Positions 1-13,707 are shown, counted from the first letter of the stretch. The stretch: DNA of 64,000 nucleotides from Eledone cirrhosa (GCA_964016885.1 OZ024745.1:27218001-27282000), one strand, 5' to 3'. Made by a program: numbers and translations. Notes: generated from the letters alone by a model not told the origin.

Positions 1-277
1 AAACACAGAGTTCAATTCTCAGTAGTGGCTGTTGGTCACTTTTTCCTGTCCTTAAAAATATTACACCCAATTTTCTCATGCTATTATCATTATAGAGATT
101 TTGGAGTAGGATTTCAAAGTTCCAAATCATCAAAACACCTCAATAAATTGTAAGATTTGTTTACTTCCAGTTTTAGTCAACTTTGTTTCCTTCTCCAAGA
201 AAAGGCTAAAATAAACAACAACAACAAACAAAACAAGAACAATAGTAGAATAGATGAAATTTGTGAGTGTACTTTAC

Positions 278-466
278 TTCTTCAATTTCTTGGACATAGT
301 CAACCTTCGGAAGAAGTAGTGTCTGTGGGAGACGTGAAGCAGTGAGCAGTTGTCGCAGATCTTTCTCAGCCATTCCAGTACTCATTGCATTGATACGTAC
401 AGTACAATCAGCTTCACCAAAGTCAATTTCTCCGATCATCTTGGAAATATTCACCCTGGCATCTTC
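278..466 (-). CDS. CLYBL: CLYBL internal coding exon (63 codons; HpcH/HpaI aldolase-citrate lyase beta family)
   Basis: Translates EDARVNISKMIGEIDFGEADCTVRINAMSTGMAEKDLRQLLTASRLPQTLLLPKVDYVQEIEE (VRIN and LLLPKV motifs). Acceptor ...tttcatccaaAG at 468-467, donor GTAAAG after 278, phase 0, in frame with the upstream exon. The gene continues beyond the left edge. Confidence 0.9.
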
Positions 467-927
467 CTTTGGATGAAAGAAAAATAAACAATATATATAT
501 ATTTTTTGTCAATGATATTTATGTTAATTTTATTTCTCAATTAGAATTAATTTATTTCAGACATATATGATAAAAGCAAGATGCCTCCCTCCCCATTTCT
601 AGCATCCACTACCCCATCCCCCATGCTTCATCTATGTAAATGTACCATGGCCTGCACTGACCCCTTCGCATTCTACACGATCTCTCTTTAGTCATCACTG
701 CACCCCCCACCACCACCACTTTATTCAAGATCACTCCTCCTACCCATTTACCTTGTTAAATCCCACCACACTTGTCATAGCGCTTTAGTAATTATTCTCT
801 TCATCATTACCCCCCTTGCCCTATCCATGATCAGTCTCATTCTTTGTCTACTTCACTATATATCCCTATCCGAGACCACTCTTACCTCTTGTCTTCCTCA
901 TTTCACTGTACCCCTATTTGGGATCAC

Positions 928-974
<47 letters not shown>

Positions 975-1032
975 AAAATGAAAAATATATATAATGATAA
1001 AATGAATGATATGTATATATATATATATATAT

Positions 1033-1686
<654 letters not shown>

Positions 1687-1877
1687 ACAGGGAGAAAGAG
1701 ACGATTATGAGGAAGAAAAATTTTTTTCTTTCCTCTTTTGTTTCTGTTTCTCTTTTTTCTGGGTTAGAAAATGATTAAATCGAAATGTTTTACTTTGTGT
1801 GAAGTGTTAAGGTATTAGTTGATTTATTTATTATTTAACAATGGCATTTATTTATCTATTTATATATTTAATTATTG

Positions 1878-1920
1878 CCTATTACCGGTTTCAGCATTTA
1901 TATGCATTATCAAATGATAG
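1878..1920 (-). ncRNA. Candidate minimal hammerhead motif, U3-A8 core, weak stem I
   Basis: Minus strand: TTGATAA-tGCAT ataa ATGCt-GAAAC CG GTA. Palindromic stem III (ACCGGT). Stem I pairing is poor. Confidence 0.4.
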
Positions 1921-2130
1921 TGAAATGTATTAGTGTGGTGTCACACGTGTGTGTATATATATATATATATATATAGTGGTGAAACACTGGAAGGTAATAT
2001 CCGTAGTGGTAGAGCACTCAGTCCAAGGGACGAGTTAGGTAGAAGTGGTTACACAACAGTTAGTGAAGTGACCGGGTTTCTGCGCATGCGCGTTCGTACA
2101 GTTGTCCTTCCTGTTCCTATAATCATGCCC

Positions 2131-2172
2131 ATTGAGCTGAAGATCCGCTAAGGTGAAACAATTGTTCTCGGT
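2131..2172 (+). ncRNA. Minimal type I hammerhead motif in a Penelope pLTR-like fragment
   Basis: attgag-CTGAAGA-tccgctaaggt-GAAAC AATT GTT-ctcggt. Stem I 6 bp with GU pairs, palindromic stem III. The surrounding 2064-2204 is homologous to 17975-18097 next to the GIY-YIG remnant. Confidence 0.6.
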
Positions 2173-2226
2173 ATGGTGAACTAACTGTTGTGTAACCACT
2201 TCTATATATATATATATATATATATA

Positions 2227-2357
2227 TTTATTAAAATAACAGATTAAAGTTTAAGCAAAGAATCGCTGCTTTCACCCTTAACGGGATCTTCTGAAGATCC
2301 CGTTAAGGGTGAAAGCAGCGATTCTTTGCTTAAACTTTAATCTGTTATTTTAATAAA
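2227..2357. repeat. Perfect palindrome, 65-bp arms with 1-nt spacer
   Basis: ...cccttaacgggatcttc T gaagatcccgttaaggg... centred on 2292, on a CTGAAGA...GAAA hammerhead-like core. Confidence 0.9.
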
Positions 2358-2443
2358 TATTTGCTCTACGGTTCTTATATATTTGATATATATTTATCCT
2401 TATCGAGCCCTCTTTGGATTTTAGTCTTCAAATTTATTATTAT

Positions 2444-2506
<63 letters not shown>

Positions 2507-2949
2507 GTGGAAAGAGATATAAGGCTAAACAATGCAAAGTAAGTTACCAGGTAATTTTTTTAATTTTTTTTTTGTTGTTGCTGTTGTTTCTTCTGACCTA
2601 ATATTTCGAGACCTAAAATTCCCTTCTTCAGAGTTTAAGGAACTTTCAGAGAATAATGTTCCGGTTTAATTTTGATTTAAATTTCTTAAGTCGTTTCCAA
2701 GTGTTTTTTTAATGGTTATTTTGCTATTCGCAAGAATGATGTCAATTGCCAATGTAATATTTCACGAAATCAATTTTCTTTTTTGTAGGAGATGTTGTTT
2801 AATTTGTATGCATGTGGGTGTGTCTTTTTACGTTAAGTATTAAGTGCTGAGTTCTAATCTATTATTTATTTGCGGGTTGAGTCTACTATATAAGTTATAT
2901 TTAAATGGCCGTGTGTGTGTATATTTATATATAAGTAAATGTAACTTAC

Positions 2950-3195
2950 CTTCTTATTATAAGCTACTCCATCTTCACAGTCTAATACAATACAGTCAGC
3001 TTTAAGGGAAGGGATCTTGTTCAGCTTTTTAATGTCACTTCCAGGGACATAGAGCACTGCTTTCCTTGGAATGTAATTGGTTTTTAGCACATCATTTATC
3101 TTTGTAGACAAATTGCTTTGTGTTGCTTTTAGATGAAGCTTTTGGTTTAGACTTGTTGTAAGCCGAAGACACTTTGGTACCGAACTTTGTATCAT
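2950..3195 (-). CDS. CLYBL: CLYBL first coding exon (mitochondrial presequence-like N-terminus plus start of the catalytic barrel)
   Basis: MIQSSVPKCLRLTTSLNQKLHLKATQSNLSTKINDVLKTNYIPRKAVLYVPGSDIKKLNKIPSLKADCIVLDCEDGVAYNKK, with the YIPR-AVLYVPG and LDCEDGVA signatures. Donor AAG|GTAAGT at 2949. A pyrimidine-rich acceptor at 3205-3204 implies a further upstream exon. Confidence 0.92.
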
Positions 3196-3517
3196 TGTGT
3201 TGACTATAATAGAAAGTGAGATAAATGAAAATAATAATAGTTTAGTGTGAGTACAAAAATATTCTAATAGTTTCTTCTCTTGCACATTTTGACTATGCAA
3301 TTCTCTTCCAGCTTCTTGTTTTCTTGACCACTACAATTTGAAAAGAATGCAAAGCCTCATCTGTTGTCATGTTCTCTCTGTCTAGTCATTTTCCCTTCTC
3401 AGTAATCCCTCACATTTTAGTGGGTTTATTGCTTAGTTTAGGATGAGTAAATTGAAAAAAAAATTTTTTTTATATTGAATTAATAGAAATTTACTTATTT
3501 TGGTCAATATGGTAAAT

Positions 3518-3690
3518 AATTGTTTCTACGTTTGGCACAAGACCAATAATTATCCAAATGCATTACTGGTACTTTATTTTATCGACCCCATAAGGATGAA
3601 AGGCAAAGTTAACCTCGGCGGAATTTGAACACAGACCATAAAGGGCCGTAACTCTTTGCTGCAAAGCATGGTGTCCGACACCCTTATGGT
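3518..3690 (-). mobile_element. SINE family B
   Basis: Matches the recurrent consensus GAGTTCAAATCCCGCCGAGGTTAACTTTGCCTTTCATCCTTACGGGGTCGATAAAATAAAGTACCAGT. Confidence 0.8.
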
Positions 3691-4796
3691 AAATCCACCA
3701 ATATGGTAAATAATAAATCACATTTGAATCATCTGAGATAAGAAGTATTGGCATATTGCTGGGGATGCAGCTACCCTCGAAAAAATTGTCGGAAAATTTA
3801 GTTTTCTCAAAAAATTCTGAAATTTTCAAAAATTATTGTATACTTTGCTCGTTTATTTTAATTACATGAAACATGAAATATGTACAATAATGAATAAAGA
3901 TGTCACAATAATGATTAGTGTGTATAAAACTGACCCTTGACCTATTATATTATATACCTGTCATCTTATATAGCACATTTCTTGTTTAAACAAAATAAGT
4001 TTGTATTTTTTTTTGCGTATTATCATATATCAAATTATTTCTCTTTCTCTATCGATTTCTTTTTCTTTTATTTTCCACCACTGTCAATATATTTATGTAT
4101 ATGTGTATATATATATATATACATAGTACACCCAGTAAATTGTTAGTGTTGCTGCCTTCATAGAATATACCTTGCCAACATGTAAAGTGGTTGTGCTGGT
4201 GACGCAAAAAATGCACCCATTTACTCTCTAAAATTTTTGTCGGAAAATTATGAACGCTTCCACCCCAAAAATGTTAGGAGCAACAGGCTTATGACACACT
4301 GGATAATGTAGTCATAAATATAGATTGTTTGAGAAAATAATTAAATGATACAAAAAAAACGGCATGGTCATGGTTGAAATCCTTTTTATCATAAGTCTAT
4401 TAAATTAGAACGAAACTTGGACTAAACAACTATAACAATTAGTACACGGGCGAGAATAGGTAAGACAGCAGACAAAATACCTTGGAGTAAAGAGTTGTGT
4501 CTCTTTACGACCTTCTAAATCAAGTGAGACTTTACTTTCTGAAACTACCAGTAAAATACTAAGGTCGATTAAATACACTATATGACCTCTACCTTAATTT
4601 ATGGCCTTGTGATTATGTTATAAACCATTATTTATAGCAATTGACTGTTATTACTGTCATTTTATGTGTTTGCTATTCCAACAGTCGAGTTCTACATATT
4701 ATATAATAGCTTAGAAAATCAAGTAAAATACCTCTATAGACGGGAAAACAGGCTAGCCATCCTTACACACGCACACAAATCCCGATCTCTCTCTCT

Positions 4797-4932
<136 letters not shown>

Positions 4933-5002
4933 AGAAAAAAAGATGAAATCGAAAATGCAACTGGAGTCTTATTTTTTAAAAAATATATATATTTATTTGG
5001 TT

Positions 5003-5040
5003 CCTTTACCGGTTTCGCAGTTCTTCTGCTTTTCAAAAGT
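5003..5040 (-). ncRNA. Candidate minimal hammerhead motif, U3-A8 core
   Basis: Minus strand: ctt-TTGAAAA-GCAG aagaa CTGC-GAAAC CG GTA-aag. Stem II 4 bp, palindromic stem III, stem I only 3 bp. Confidence 0.5.
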
Positions 5041-5149
5041 AGAGTTGAGATGGAGGGTCTGTGGTTTTTCTCACAGATGTGAGAAAAATCACAGGTAAAG
5101 GAACCAAATAAAGTTTGTAATCGAACCTGTATCAGTAGAGACTTTTGTG

Positions 5150-5420
5150 GGAGGTGCTTGGCCTAGTGGTAAGGGTGTTGAACTTATGATCATAATATCG
5201 TGGGTTCGATTCCTGGGCTGGGTTGTGTATTGTGTTCTTGAGCAAAACACTTCATTTCACGTTGCTCCAGTATACTCAGCTGAAAATGAGTACCAGCAAT
5301 AGCTGGAGGTTTAACCCTGCGATGGACTGGCGTTTTGTCCAGGGAGGAGCCTTCTACTCAGTCGCTTCACAAAACCGTGATAAGCACCGGCCCGAAGAGC
5401 CTCATACAGTTTAAAGCCTG
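5150..5420 (+). mobile_element. tRNA-derived SINE, family C
   Basis: A box TGGCCTAGTGG, B box GGTTCGATTCC, central block shared with family A, different 3' part. A related split copy lies at 52130-52855. Confidence 0.8.
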
Positions 5421-5594
5421 AAACTAAAATAAGGGTTACATCGGAGACATAAACAAACAGTTCCCAATTGACAGGCAATGTTGTAGCGAATCGATTAGTT
5501 TACGTTGATAATTATATGTTTAGTATGTGATCAATATTATTATAGTAATGTACTTTAGTCTACCTCTACATCAACAGGTTCTATATATACTGTA

Positions 5595-5663
<69 letters not shown>

Positions 5664-5689
5664 AATAAGTAGTAACGAAGATTGAAATT

Positions 5690-5768
5690 AAATTGAATGA
5701 CAATCGTTTCATTAAAATAACTGGAATAATCCATACCTGTTATAATAATCTCATCAGAATCGATTAAA
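5690..5768 (-). ncRNA. Degenerate type I hammerhead with long stem II
   Basis: Minus strand: CTGATGA-gattattataac...gttattttaat-GAAAC GATT GTC. Stem I has several mismatches. Confidence 0.45.
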
Positions 5769-6136
5769 TACAAATAATACTTACCACTACATGTCCATAA
5801 AATTACACAGAGGTCCGGGAAAAAGTATATATGCGTGTGTGTATGTATGTATGTATGTGTCTGCGAGTACGTGCGTGCATGTGAATATATAAGTTCGTTT
5901 GGGTTTACTAAGAAGATAAAAAGAGTTTTCAAGTTGAGTAGCTTATACTGCGGGAGACACCTTTAACCAGCTGTCCACTAGAGACCACAACAATTTCGGA
6001 AACCTAACAGTAAAGGCCGAGCAGCATCGATTCTTTAATTGTGTTGTTTTGGTCCATGTTCTAGAACGTTCTTACCAGCTAATATCTATACAGTCCCCTT
6101 CAACACCTAACAATCTAGATAGACTGTATACAGGAA

Positions 6137-6319
6137 TTGGCAGTATCGGTAGAGGGTCGGACCCTATGCTTTCGAGCATAGTTACGCCCCTTTACGGTCT
6201 GAGTTCAAATCACGTCGAGGTTAACTTTGCCTTTCATCCTTACGGGGTCGATAAAATAAAGTACCAGTAATGTACTGGGTAATTGCTGGCATTGTGCCAA
6301 AAAGTAGAAACAATTATTA
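6137..6319 (+). mobile_element. SINE family B
   Basis: Family B consensus match. Further minus-strand copies at about 6745-6903 and 8331-8512. Confidence 0.8.
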
Positions 6320-7049
6320 GTTTAGGCGTTTTTTTTATCCAACATACTCATGATATAGTAGTTTGTTGTTTGTGTTCGTTCAAGCCTGGTAACAAATACA
6401 GAGAGAAAACACAAATATGTACTCATACTATGTATGCAAAAAGTAGACGGAAAACAACAACACAGGGAAACGATACAGTACAATAAAGATATATATTAGT
6501 TTAATGTTGATATAGTACGAAACAATTGCTAAGATTTCGGGTGTTAGCCCGTCATCAGAAGATAGAATGAGATAAATGAAGAAATAGAAGGATAGACGAG
6601 AGGATGACAAGAAAGAAACGGAAACGTATTATTGAGAGAAAACGTGTGTGTTTAGTCAACAAGTTTTGGGGAATAGGAGCCCCTGTCTGCAGTTGTACAA
6701 CCTGATAGTTGTCAAATCTTCCAATAGCAACCTTATATCTAAATAGTTGTTTCTACTTTAGGCACAAGGCCAGCAATTACCCAGTACATTACTGGTACTT
6801 TATTTTATCGACCCCCGTAAGGATGAAAGGCAAAGTCAACCTCGGCGGGATTTGAACTCAGATCGTAAAGGGACGTAACTATGCTGGAAAGCATGGCGTC
6901 CGACTTAAATAATGAATGGGCTTATTGGATAATGTAGTTCAAGATACACAGAAGCCGAAAAAAAAATTGAAAGGTGACAGACGGTTGCGAATAAAATGCC
7001 TAGGTATGTATGTCATACCTTGACCCATGGATTTTGCTTAAGGCTGTAT

Positions 7050-7242
7050 CAGACCTACCAACCTCTAAAAACCCAAACGGAAAGTACCATGAAAAAAAGT
7101 GCCTCATAATGGGGAGAAATGAGGCAAAATGGAAAGATTTACATAATGAAAGCTATACCTATTTTCACAAGAGAAGACATCTCTCACCACCCCAAAGTGG
7201 GTGGGTAATCTTCCTGTTGGACAGGGAGAACCGACAGGTCTG
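7050..7242. mobile_element. Non-autonomous DNA transposon (MITE) with 6-bp TSD
   Basis: Termini CAGACCT.../...AGGTCTG, flanked by perfect CTGTAT duplication. Relatives at 40549-40744 and 48110-48303. Confidence 0.8.
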
Positions 7243-7740
7243 CTGTATGGTAGGAAAGACGGAAGAGCTCTTACTTCTTGATAGAGCTGTAGGAATGCCG
7301 TACTGATACATGGCATGTCTTGGGCATTTTATACTTGGTGGAGCTCATCTCTCTCTAGGTAGGAACACAGCTAATTTCTCCTTTCCAGAGAAAGAAAGAA
7401 ACAAACAAACAAACAAAGGGAGAAAGAAAGAAGGAAAGAAAGAAAGAAGGAAGGAAAGAAAGGAATAAAAACAAAATGATAAAGAGAGATAGAAGAAAAA
7501 CCAATTCTAGTGGTGGAAAAATGAGCATAGAGCATCCTAAGCTGTACTTGAGGATTAATGTGAAACTACCATGAAAGAGTTCTGTATTGATGAAGGGAAG
7601 TGGGAAGAGTGATCAGAAGACTGTGGCTATTGGAGACCAACTGTACATAGAGGAGCCAAAGCATTTGAAAATTCATGCATCCAACATGTTGATGATAGAA
7701 GACAAAGACAGAAGTTTCCACCTTGGTAGACACTATTGCC

Positions 7741-7894
7741 CAGTGCCAGATTTACCATTGTTCTTAGGTGTGTAGAGTGGGGCATCTTCCTGCCCCAAAT
7801 TTTTTTTTTAACGTGCCTACCTCCTTCAGGGCCCAAGTAAGGGGTCTCATAACTTAACTAGTACAGGGCCTCATTTGTCCTAAATCCGACACTG
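7741..7894. mobile_element. hAT-type MITE
   Basis: TIRs CAGTGCCAGATTTA / TAAATCCGACACTG with perfect 8-bp TSD CTATTGCC. Relative at 38581-38747. Confidence 0.85.
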
Positions 7895-8755
7895 CTATTG
7901 CCTCAATATTGCTATACTGTGGATATTGTGAAAGACCATGTCGAACACATGTAAGACTAATCAGTCACAAAAGGTGCTGTTCGAAAAGAAGTCGGTGGGG
8001 AAGAATTAAATAATTGCTGTCTCTGCAAAGACAGTCAATCACTGATGAAAAAAAGACAAAGTGAAGGATTGGTTTTTTTATTTATCGACCTCGAAATATT
8101 GAAAAATAAATTTAGATTTTGGCGAGATTTGAACAAAGATCAGTGAGCCGGAACAAATGAAGCATTTTTAATCCAACGCCTCTGATGGCTCTACCAATTC
8201 AATAGCTGTTGCATGATAACAACAGCAATAAGATGAATAGTCTAGAGTTAGCTTTTCTTTATCTCGTCTCTTCCCCTCCTCATTGCTGGGGGTTGGGGAC
8301 TATGGACAATTGCACCAATGCTAATCTATATAATTGTTTCTACTTTTTGTCACAAGGCCAGAAATTACCCCAGTGCATTACTGGTACTTTATTTTATCGA
8401 CCCCGTAAGGATGAAAGATAAAGCTAACCTTGGCAGGATTTGAACTCACAACGCAAAGGGCCATAACTCTGTGCTGCAAAGCATGGTGTCTGGCACTCTA
8501 CCAATACTGCCAATAATGCAGTATGTTCATAATTTTCATTGGTGGGGAAAAAAGTGACTGGTAAGTCCAGAAGCACGCCTGACCATAACCCAGAAGCTGC
8601 AGTTCATTTGTCTTCATCATAAGGATGAAGCTATTGACCACATGAAAGGTTGTCACCAAGGTGACTAAGGAGTCCCAGAAATCTCACTTTTGAAATCAAA
8701 GCGCGGTCCCCCTCCTAGACTGACTGCCAACCATATATATACATATATATATATA

Positions 8756-9068
8756 TGGCCTCGCAATCGAAAGGTTGTGAGTTCAATTCTCAGACCGGGT
8801 GATGCGTTGTTTCCTTGAGCAAGACACTTTATTTCACATTGCTCCAGTTTACTCATCTGTAGAAATGAGATGATAGGGACTGGGGTCCATATCATTCCAC
8901 TGCAAAGTGGTCGTGGAGGTGCCACGGCAAAAAAGCACCCAGCCCACACTGTAAATGAGGTTGGTGTTAGGAAGAGCATCCAGCTGTAGAAATCAAGCCA
9001 GAATCAGTTCCCATCCCACCCTTGCAAGTAGGCAAAAGCAGACGTAAAATGATGATGATGATGATGAT
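8756..9068 (+). mobile_element. SINE family A, 5'-truncated
   Basis: Reverse complement of the 1033-1363 copy, ending in (ATG)n. Confidence 0.85.
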
Positions 9069-9205
9069 ATATATGAGTGTGTGTGTATATATATGAGGAA
9101 TCAAAATATATCATTTTAGTGCTTCTCAATAAACAAACTTAATAGACTTTGTCCAGAGCCATAATAATTTAAATGTAAAAGATATATCTACAGAGAGAGA
9201 GAGAC

Positions 9206-9484
<279 letters not shown>

Positions 9485-10145
9485 TTTTTCTGACTTAAAT
9501 CAAAGTGGAAATTAAAGTCCTTACTTTATAGGGAAACACATTATAACAAAGCAGACCGCACCACATTAAACTACACCAAACAACACTATACTACATCACA
9601 CCATGGTATTGATCTCAGTGTGAAAAATGTTCTTCCTGTTTCTTTTTGTGTGTGCTTACCATCCAATCTGACATTAAAGGTGCTCCCAATTGACTATTTT
9701 TTTCACATATTATCAATGAATATGCCTTTGAAACCTGTCGAAAATTACTAGATTTGTAGAAAAGAAGGCGGAAAGTGGTTGGAAATACCATTCACAAAGC
9801 TAGTCGTTTTTGATTGCAGTGGAAGTCTTATTTTTAGTTAATATGCTAAAATATTGTTGACTGCGAGCATCCTGGAGGTTGGAGTAGTTTATAGCACATG
9901 GAAAAACGGAGAAAAATTTCTTTTTCTGACCTGTTCTAATGAAAGATGTATGGGAGTGTGGGATGGGGTGGTGCATACTGTATATATGCTTCAGCCTTGG
10001 CCTGGACCTTTGGGAAGTTGGGTTTTCCATATTACCTCATAACACCAGAGATCTCGGTCCTGTGTCATTGCCTTTCAGGGGTGCAACTGGGCAAGGTTGG
10101 CTTTTATCACCTCATCTCAAGTCTTCCTTAGACTTTATGTAGCTG

Positions 10146-11045
10146 TTATCCTTCATATGCATCACATGTCCATACCAATGTAATCTCCTCTCTTGCACAC
10201 AGCATTTGATTTCTCTTATGCTTAGATTCTCTCTGTTTGTTCATGCTTTCCCATTCACATATATTACTAATACAAATCCATCGGAGCTTGCAAGCTTCAA
10301 GTCTTTCCAATTTACGCAAGTCTCCGGCACACAGCGTCCAGGTCTCACTACCATGCAACATTGCCATTCATATGCACGCATCATACAGTCTGCCTTTCAT
10401 TCTAAGGGAAAAGCCTTTTGTAGCCACCAGTGATAGTACCTCCCTCAACTTCTTCCATCCCATTCTTACTCTGGCTACTGTACTTTCAGAACACCCACCT
10501 CCACTACTAATTCTGTCACCCAGGTAGCAGAAGCTGTCTAGTGTTTCTACCGAGCCCTCCCAGACTTTGATGGGGCTTGTTTCCTGTGATCATTTGCTGC
10601 TTACTGTCCCGGTGCAACTGCTACATGTAAAGCCTACATTCTTAACTAAACTTCCTGAGATCCCACTACATCTCTTGTGTACCTTTAGTTCGCGTATGAG
10701 GCAGAGGATGGAGTTTCTACCTACACCTTTCCTACATACTGAGCAAGGCCATTTCCCTGAGGGGATCTGGGCTCTGCTTTCTCATCTACTTACTAGGACC
10801 TTAGTCTTTCTCATGTTGACTTTAAGACTCCTTCTTTCAAGGCCCTGTTTCCATGTTTGGAACTTCTTCTCTAGTTCCGCCATGGATTCAGCTATGAGTG
10901 TAAGATCATCAGTGTACAGGAGTTCCTGTGGGCAGCAGGTCTTAAACTCCTCTATTATAGCCTGCAGTACGATAATAAACAGGAGAAGTGCTAAGGACAG
11001 AGCTTTGGTGGATTCCTACTTGTACGCTAAATTCCTTGCTCTAGT
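10146..11045 (-). mobile_element. RTE/RTE-X-type LINE fragment (degenerate RT, Cys-rich finger, C-terminus)
   Basis: Minus-strand peptides LLFIIVLQAIIEEFKTCCPQELLYTDDLTLIAES (YADD-equivalent), PCSVCRKGVGRNSILC...VHKRCSGI and MLHGSETW. Frameshifted. Confidence 0.85.
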
Positions 11046-11087
11046 TTTCTAAGAGCCCACCAGATTATGGCACGTAGAAATGCCAGG

Positions 11088-11119
11088 TAGAGACATGGGT
11101 TCGAATCTCACCGCTGCCA
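11088..11119 (+). pseudogene. 3' half of a tRNA-Leu gene
   Basis: AGACATGGGTTCGAATCTCACCGCTGCCA matches the tRNA-Leu T-arm and acceptor strand. Its downstream flank TTTTGTAAATAGAC is shared with the 12660 copy. Confidence 0.65.
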
Positions 11120-11250
11120 ATGTTATTTAAATATATATTTTGTAAATAGACGTAATGGTCTTTTAGAGAAACAATTTACTGTGTGTATTTATACGTAGTA
11201 AGTTGCTCCATTCCTACTAAATATTTTTAAGTTCTTCCATATGTATATAT

Positions 11251-11582
11251 ATCATCATCATCATCATCATTTTACATCCGCTTTTCCCTGCTTGCAAGGG
11301 TGGGACGGGAACTGATTCTGGCTTGATTTCTACAGCTGGATGCCCTTCCTAACACCAACCTCATTTACAGTGAGTGCTGGGTGCTTTTTTGCCGTGGCAC
11401 CTCCACGACCACTTTGCAGTGGAATGATAGGGACCCCGGTCCTATCATCTCATTTCTACAGCTGAGTAAACTGGAGCAATGTGAAATAAAGTGTCTTGCT
11501 CAAGGAAACAACACATCACCCGGTCTGAGAATTGAACTCACAACCTTTCGATTGCAAGGCCAATGCTCTAACCACTAAGCCC
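11251..11582 (-). mobile_element. SINE family A
   Basis: Near-identical to 1033-1363. Confidence 0.85.
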
Positions 11583-12055
11583 TGTGCCTCCATTATATAC
11601 ACATATATACGTCAGGACCCTGACGGCTGAGCTCCGGCCGTTTCCACAGCTGTCAAAATGGTTGGAGCTCAGCCGTCGGGGTCCCGACTCTTTTCATATT
11701 ACCCACTCTACTACGCTAAGTATTGAGTACTCTGGTACGTTATGGTCCACCTGGTATCTTACCACACCCCCTTTCTATACATATTTATATATATTGTTTT
11801 ACTTTGAGGCGGTCATGCTACCGATTAAAACACACGCACTTGTTGGTTCTCCCTTCAGTTTATTATAAACTCCCTGTAGGTTTGTTTGATAACAGGATGG
11901 TTGTTTAGTTGCTGATTGTCAAAGCTCATTTGTCACACATTCTGTGACCTCCTCAGTGTCTAGCTTTGTTGACATTTTGTGTCTCTCCTATGTTCTGTAC
12001 TGCACCATCTTGATTTTGTGTTCACAATGCTATAACTGGATGCCAGCTTTATCGT

Positions 12056-12137
12056 GTTAGTGTGGCCAAGCGGGCTAAAGTGCTGGTTTAAGGCACCAGT
12101 CTCTTAGGAGGCGTTTGTTTGAATCCCACCACTGCCA
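12056..12137 (+). tRNA. tRNA-Leu(AAG), probably a pseudogene
   Basis: 82 nt colinear with the eukaryotic tRNA-Leu consensus. Anticodon arm CTGGT-TT AAG GC-ACCAG, long variable arm, downstream T-run. B box mutated (GTTTGAATC) and T-stem disrupted. Confidence 0.75.
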
Positions 12138-12659
12138 ATTATCTTTTTTTTTTTTTATATAAGATGAAACTGACATTTAGGGACACTGGTGATTGTCTGT
12201 ACACATACATTGTACTGTTCCTACCAATTATATAGAAGATATTTTAAAGGTTCTGTAAGAAATAAAGAGCATTTAAAAAATATATATCTGATGTCCTTGA
12301 CTGTAGCGTTTTCTCAGAACCTGAAAAGAAAACAAACTCACACAAAAACAGAAACACACACACAACCATATACACACACACATAGAAACATACACAGATT
12401 CACACTCATGGTACTGTTAGAATAACAAAAGTTCTAATTGAAATTTAACCCATTGTAAGAAATTATTGGTGTTAAAACTTTTGATAATGGCAATTATTTT
12501 CAAGTAACATAAGGGAGACAACTTCTGATTTAAAAATTAACAATTAAATGAGTCTTTCAACATTTTCCAATATCAACTAATTTTAATTGTCTTAACAGTG
12601 AAATATTTTCAAACAAGAAATATTATTAAAAGTACAATACAATAGCTGAGTTATCATAT

Positions 12660-12741
12660 GGTAGTGTGGATGAGTGGTCTAAGGTGCTGGTTTTAGGCAC
12701 CAGTCTCTCCGGAGACGTGGGTTCGAATCCTGCCAATGCTG
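12660..12741 (+). tRNA. tRNA-Leu(TAG), probably a pseudogene
   Basis: GGTAGTGTGGATGAGTGGTCTAAGGTGCTGGTTTTAGGCACCAGTCTCTCCGGAGACGTGGGTTCGAATCCTGCCAATGCTG followed by T6. Intact B box, mismatches in the D arm and acceptor stem. Confidence 0.75.
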
Positions 12742-13039
12742 TTTTTTGTAAATAGACATAACCAGTGGTGGACTGGCCAGGTTGCCCAATGGCAGGGGAC
12801 CCACAGTAGCATTGCGGAAGCCCATTGTAGTATTTTAAAGGTCAATGATTTGCTTTCAAAAAATATCTTTAAAAGAAAGTCTTAGAGAAAGAATAAATAA
12901 AAAAATAAATAAACAAACAAATAAGCAAAGCATTTGGTCAAACAATTCCCTAGGGAACTAATAGAAACCAACATTTATGATAGTGCTAACAATTGGAATC
13001 ACTGGTTGTCTAAATGTATAGCTTACTGTATTCATTCAT

Positions 13040-13199
13040 GCATGCATACATACTTGGATACACACACACACATATATATATATACATACAGACATATATA
13101 TATATACATACATATATATATACATACATATATATATACATATATATATATACATATATATATATACATATATATATATACATACATATATATATATAC

Positions 13200-13230
<31 letters not shown>

Positions 13231-13395
13231 CATATATATATATATACATACATATATATATACATACATATATATATACATATATACATATATATATATA
13301 CATATATACATATATATATATATATACATACATATATATATACATATATACATGATGGCTGCCCCCTCGTTATCGAGTATGGCCATTGCACGAGA

Positions 13396-13434
<39 letters not shown>

Positions 13435-13590
13435 TATATATACACATACATACACATACACATATATTAATAACAATAATAATAATAATAATAACAATAA
13501 TAATAACGACAACAACAACAATAATAATATACATATATATATACACACACACATAAACATATCTATACACACACACACACACGATAGCAA
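13040..13590. repeat. Compound TA/TACA/AAT/CA microsatellite region
   Basis: Seen directly. Confidence 0.9.
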
Positions 13591-13707
13591 CTAACAGCGC
13601 TGCGATCGAATGTGGCTTTTTAGCCCAGCCAATGATCTAAAATGTCTTGCACAGAGTCGGCAACCAAAACATTCACTGGGAATATATATATACATACATA
13701 TATATAC

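Noticed and set aside
5780-5825. Minus-strand GTG|GTAAGT donor as a CLYBL 5' UTR exon
   Set aside because: Plausible but unsupported, since it sits next to a repeat-derived hammerhead relic and no promoter or acceptor could be assigned.
6520-6565. Minus-strand CTGATGA-cGGG ctaaca CCC-GAAA hammerhead core
   Set aside because: Stems I and III could not be formed. At most a decayed relic.
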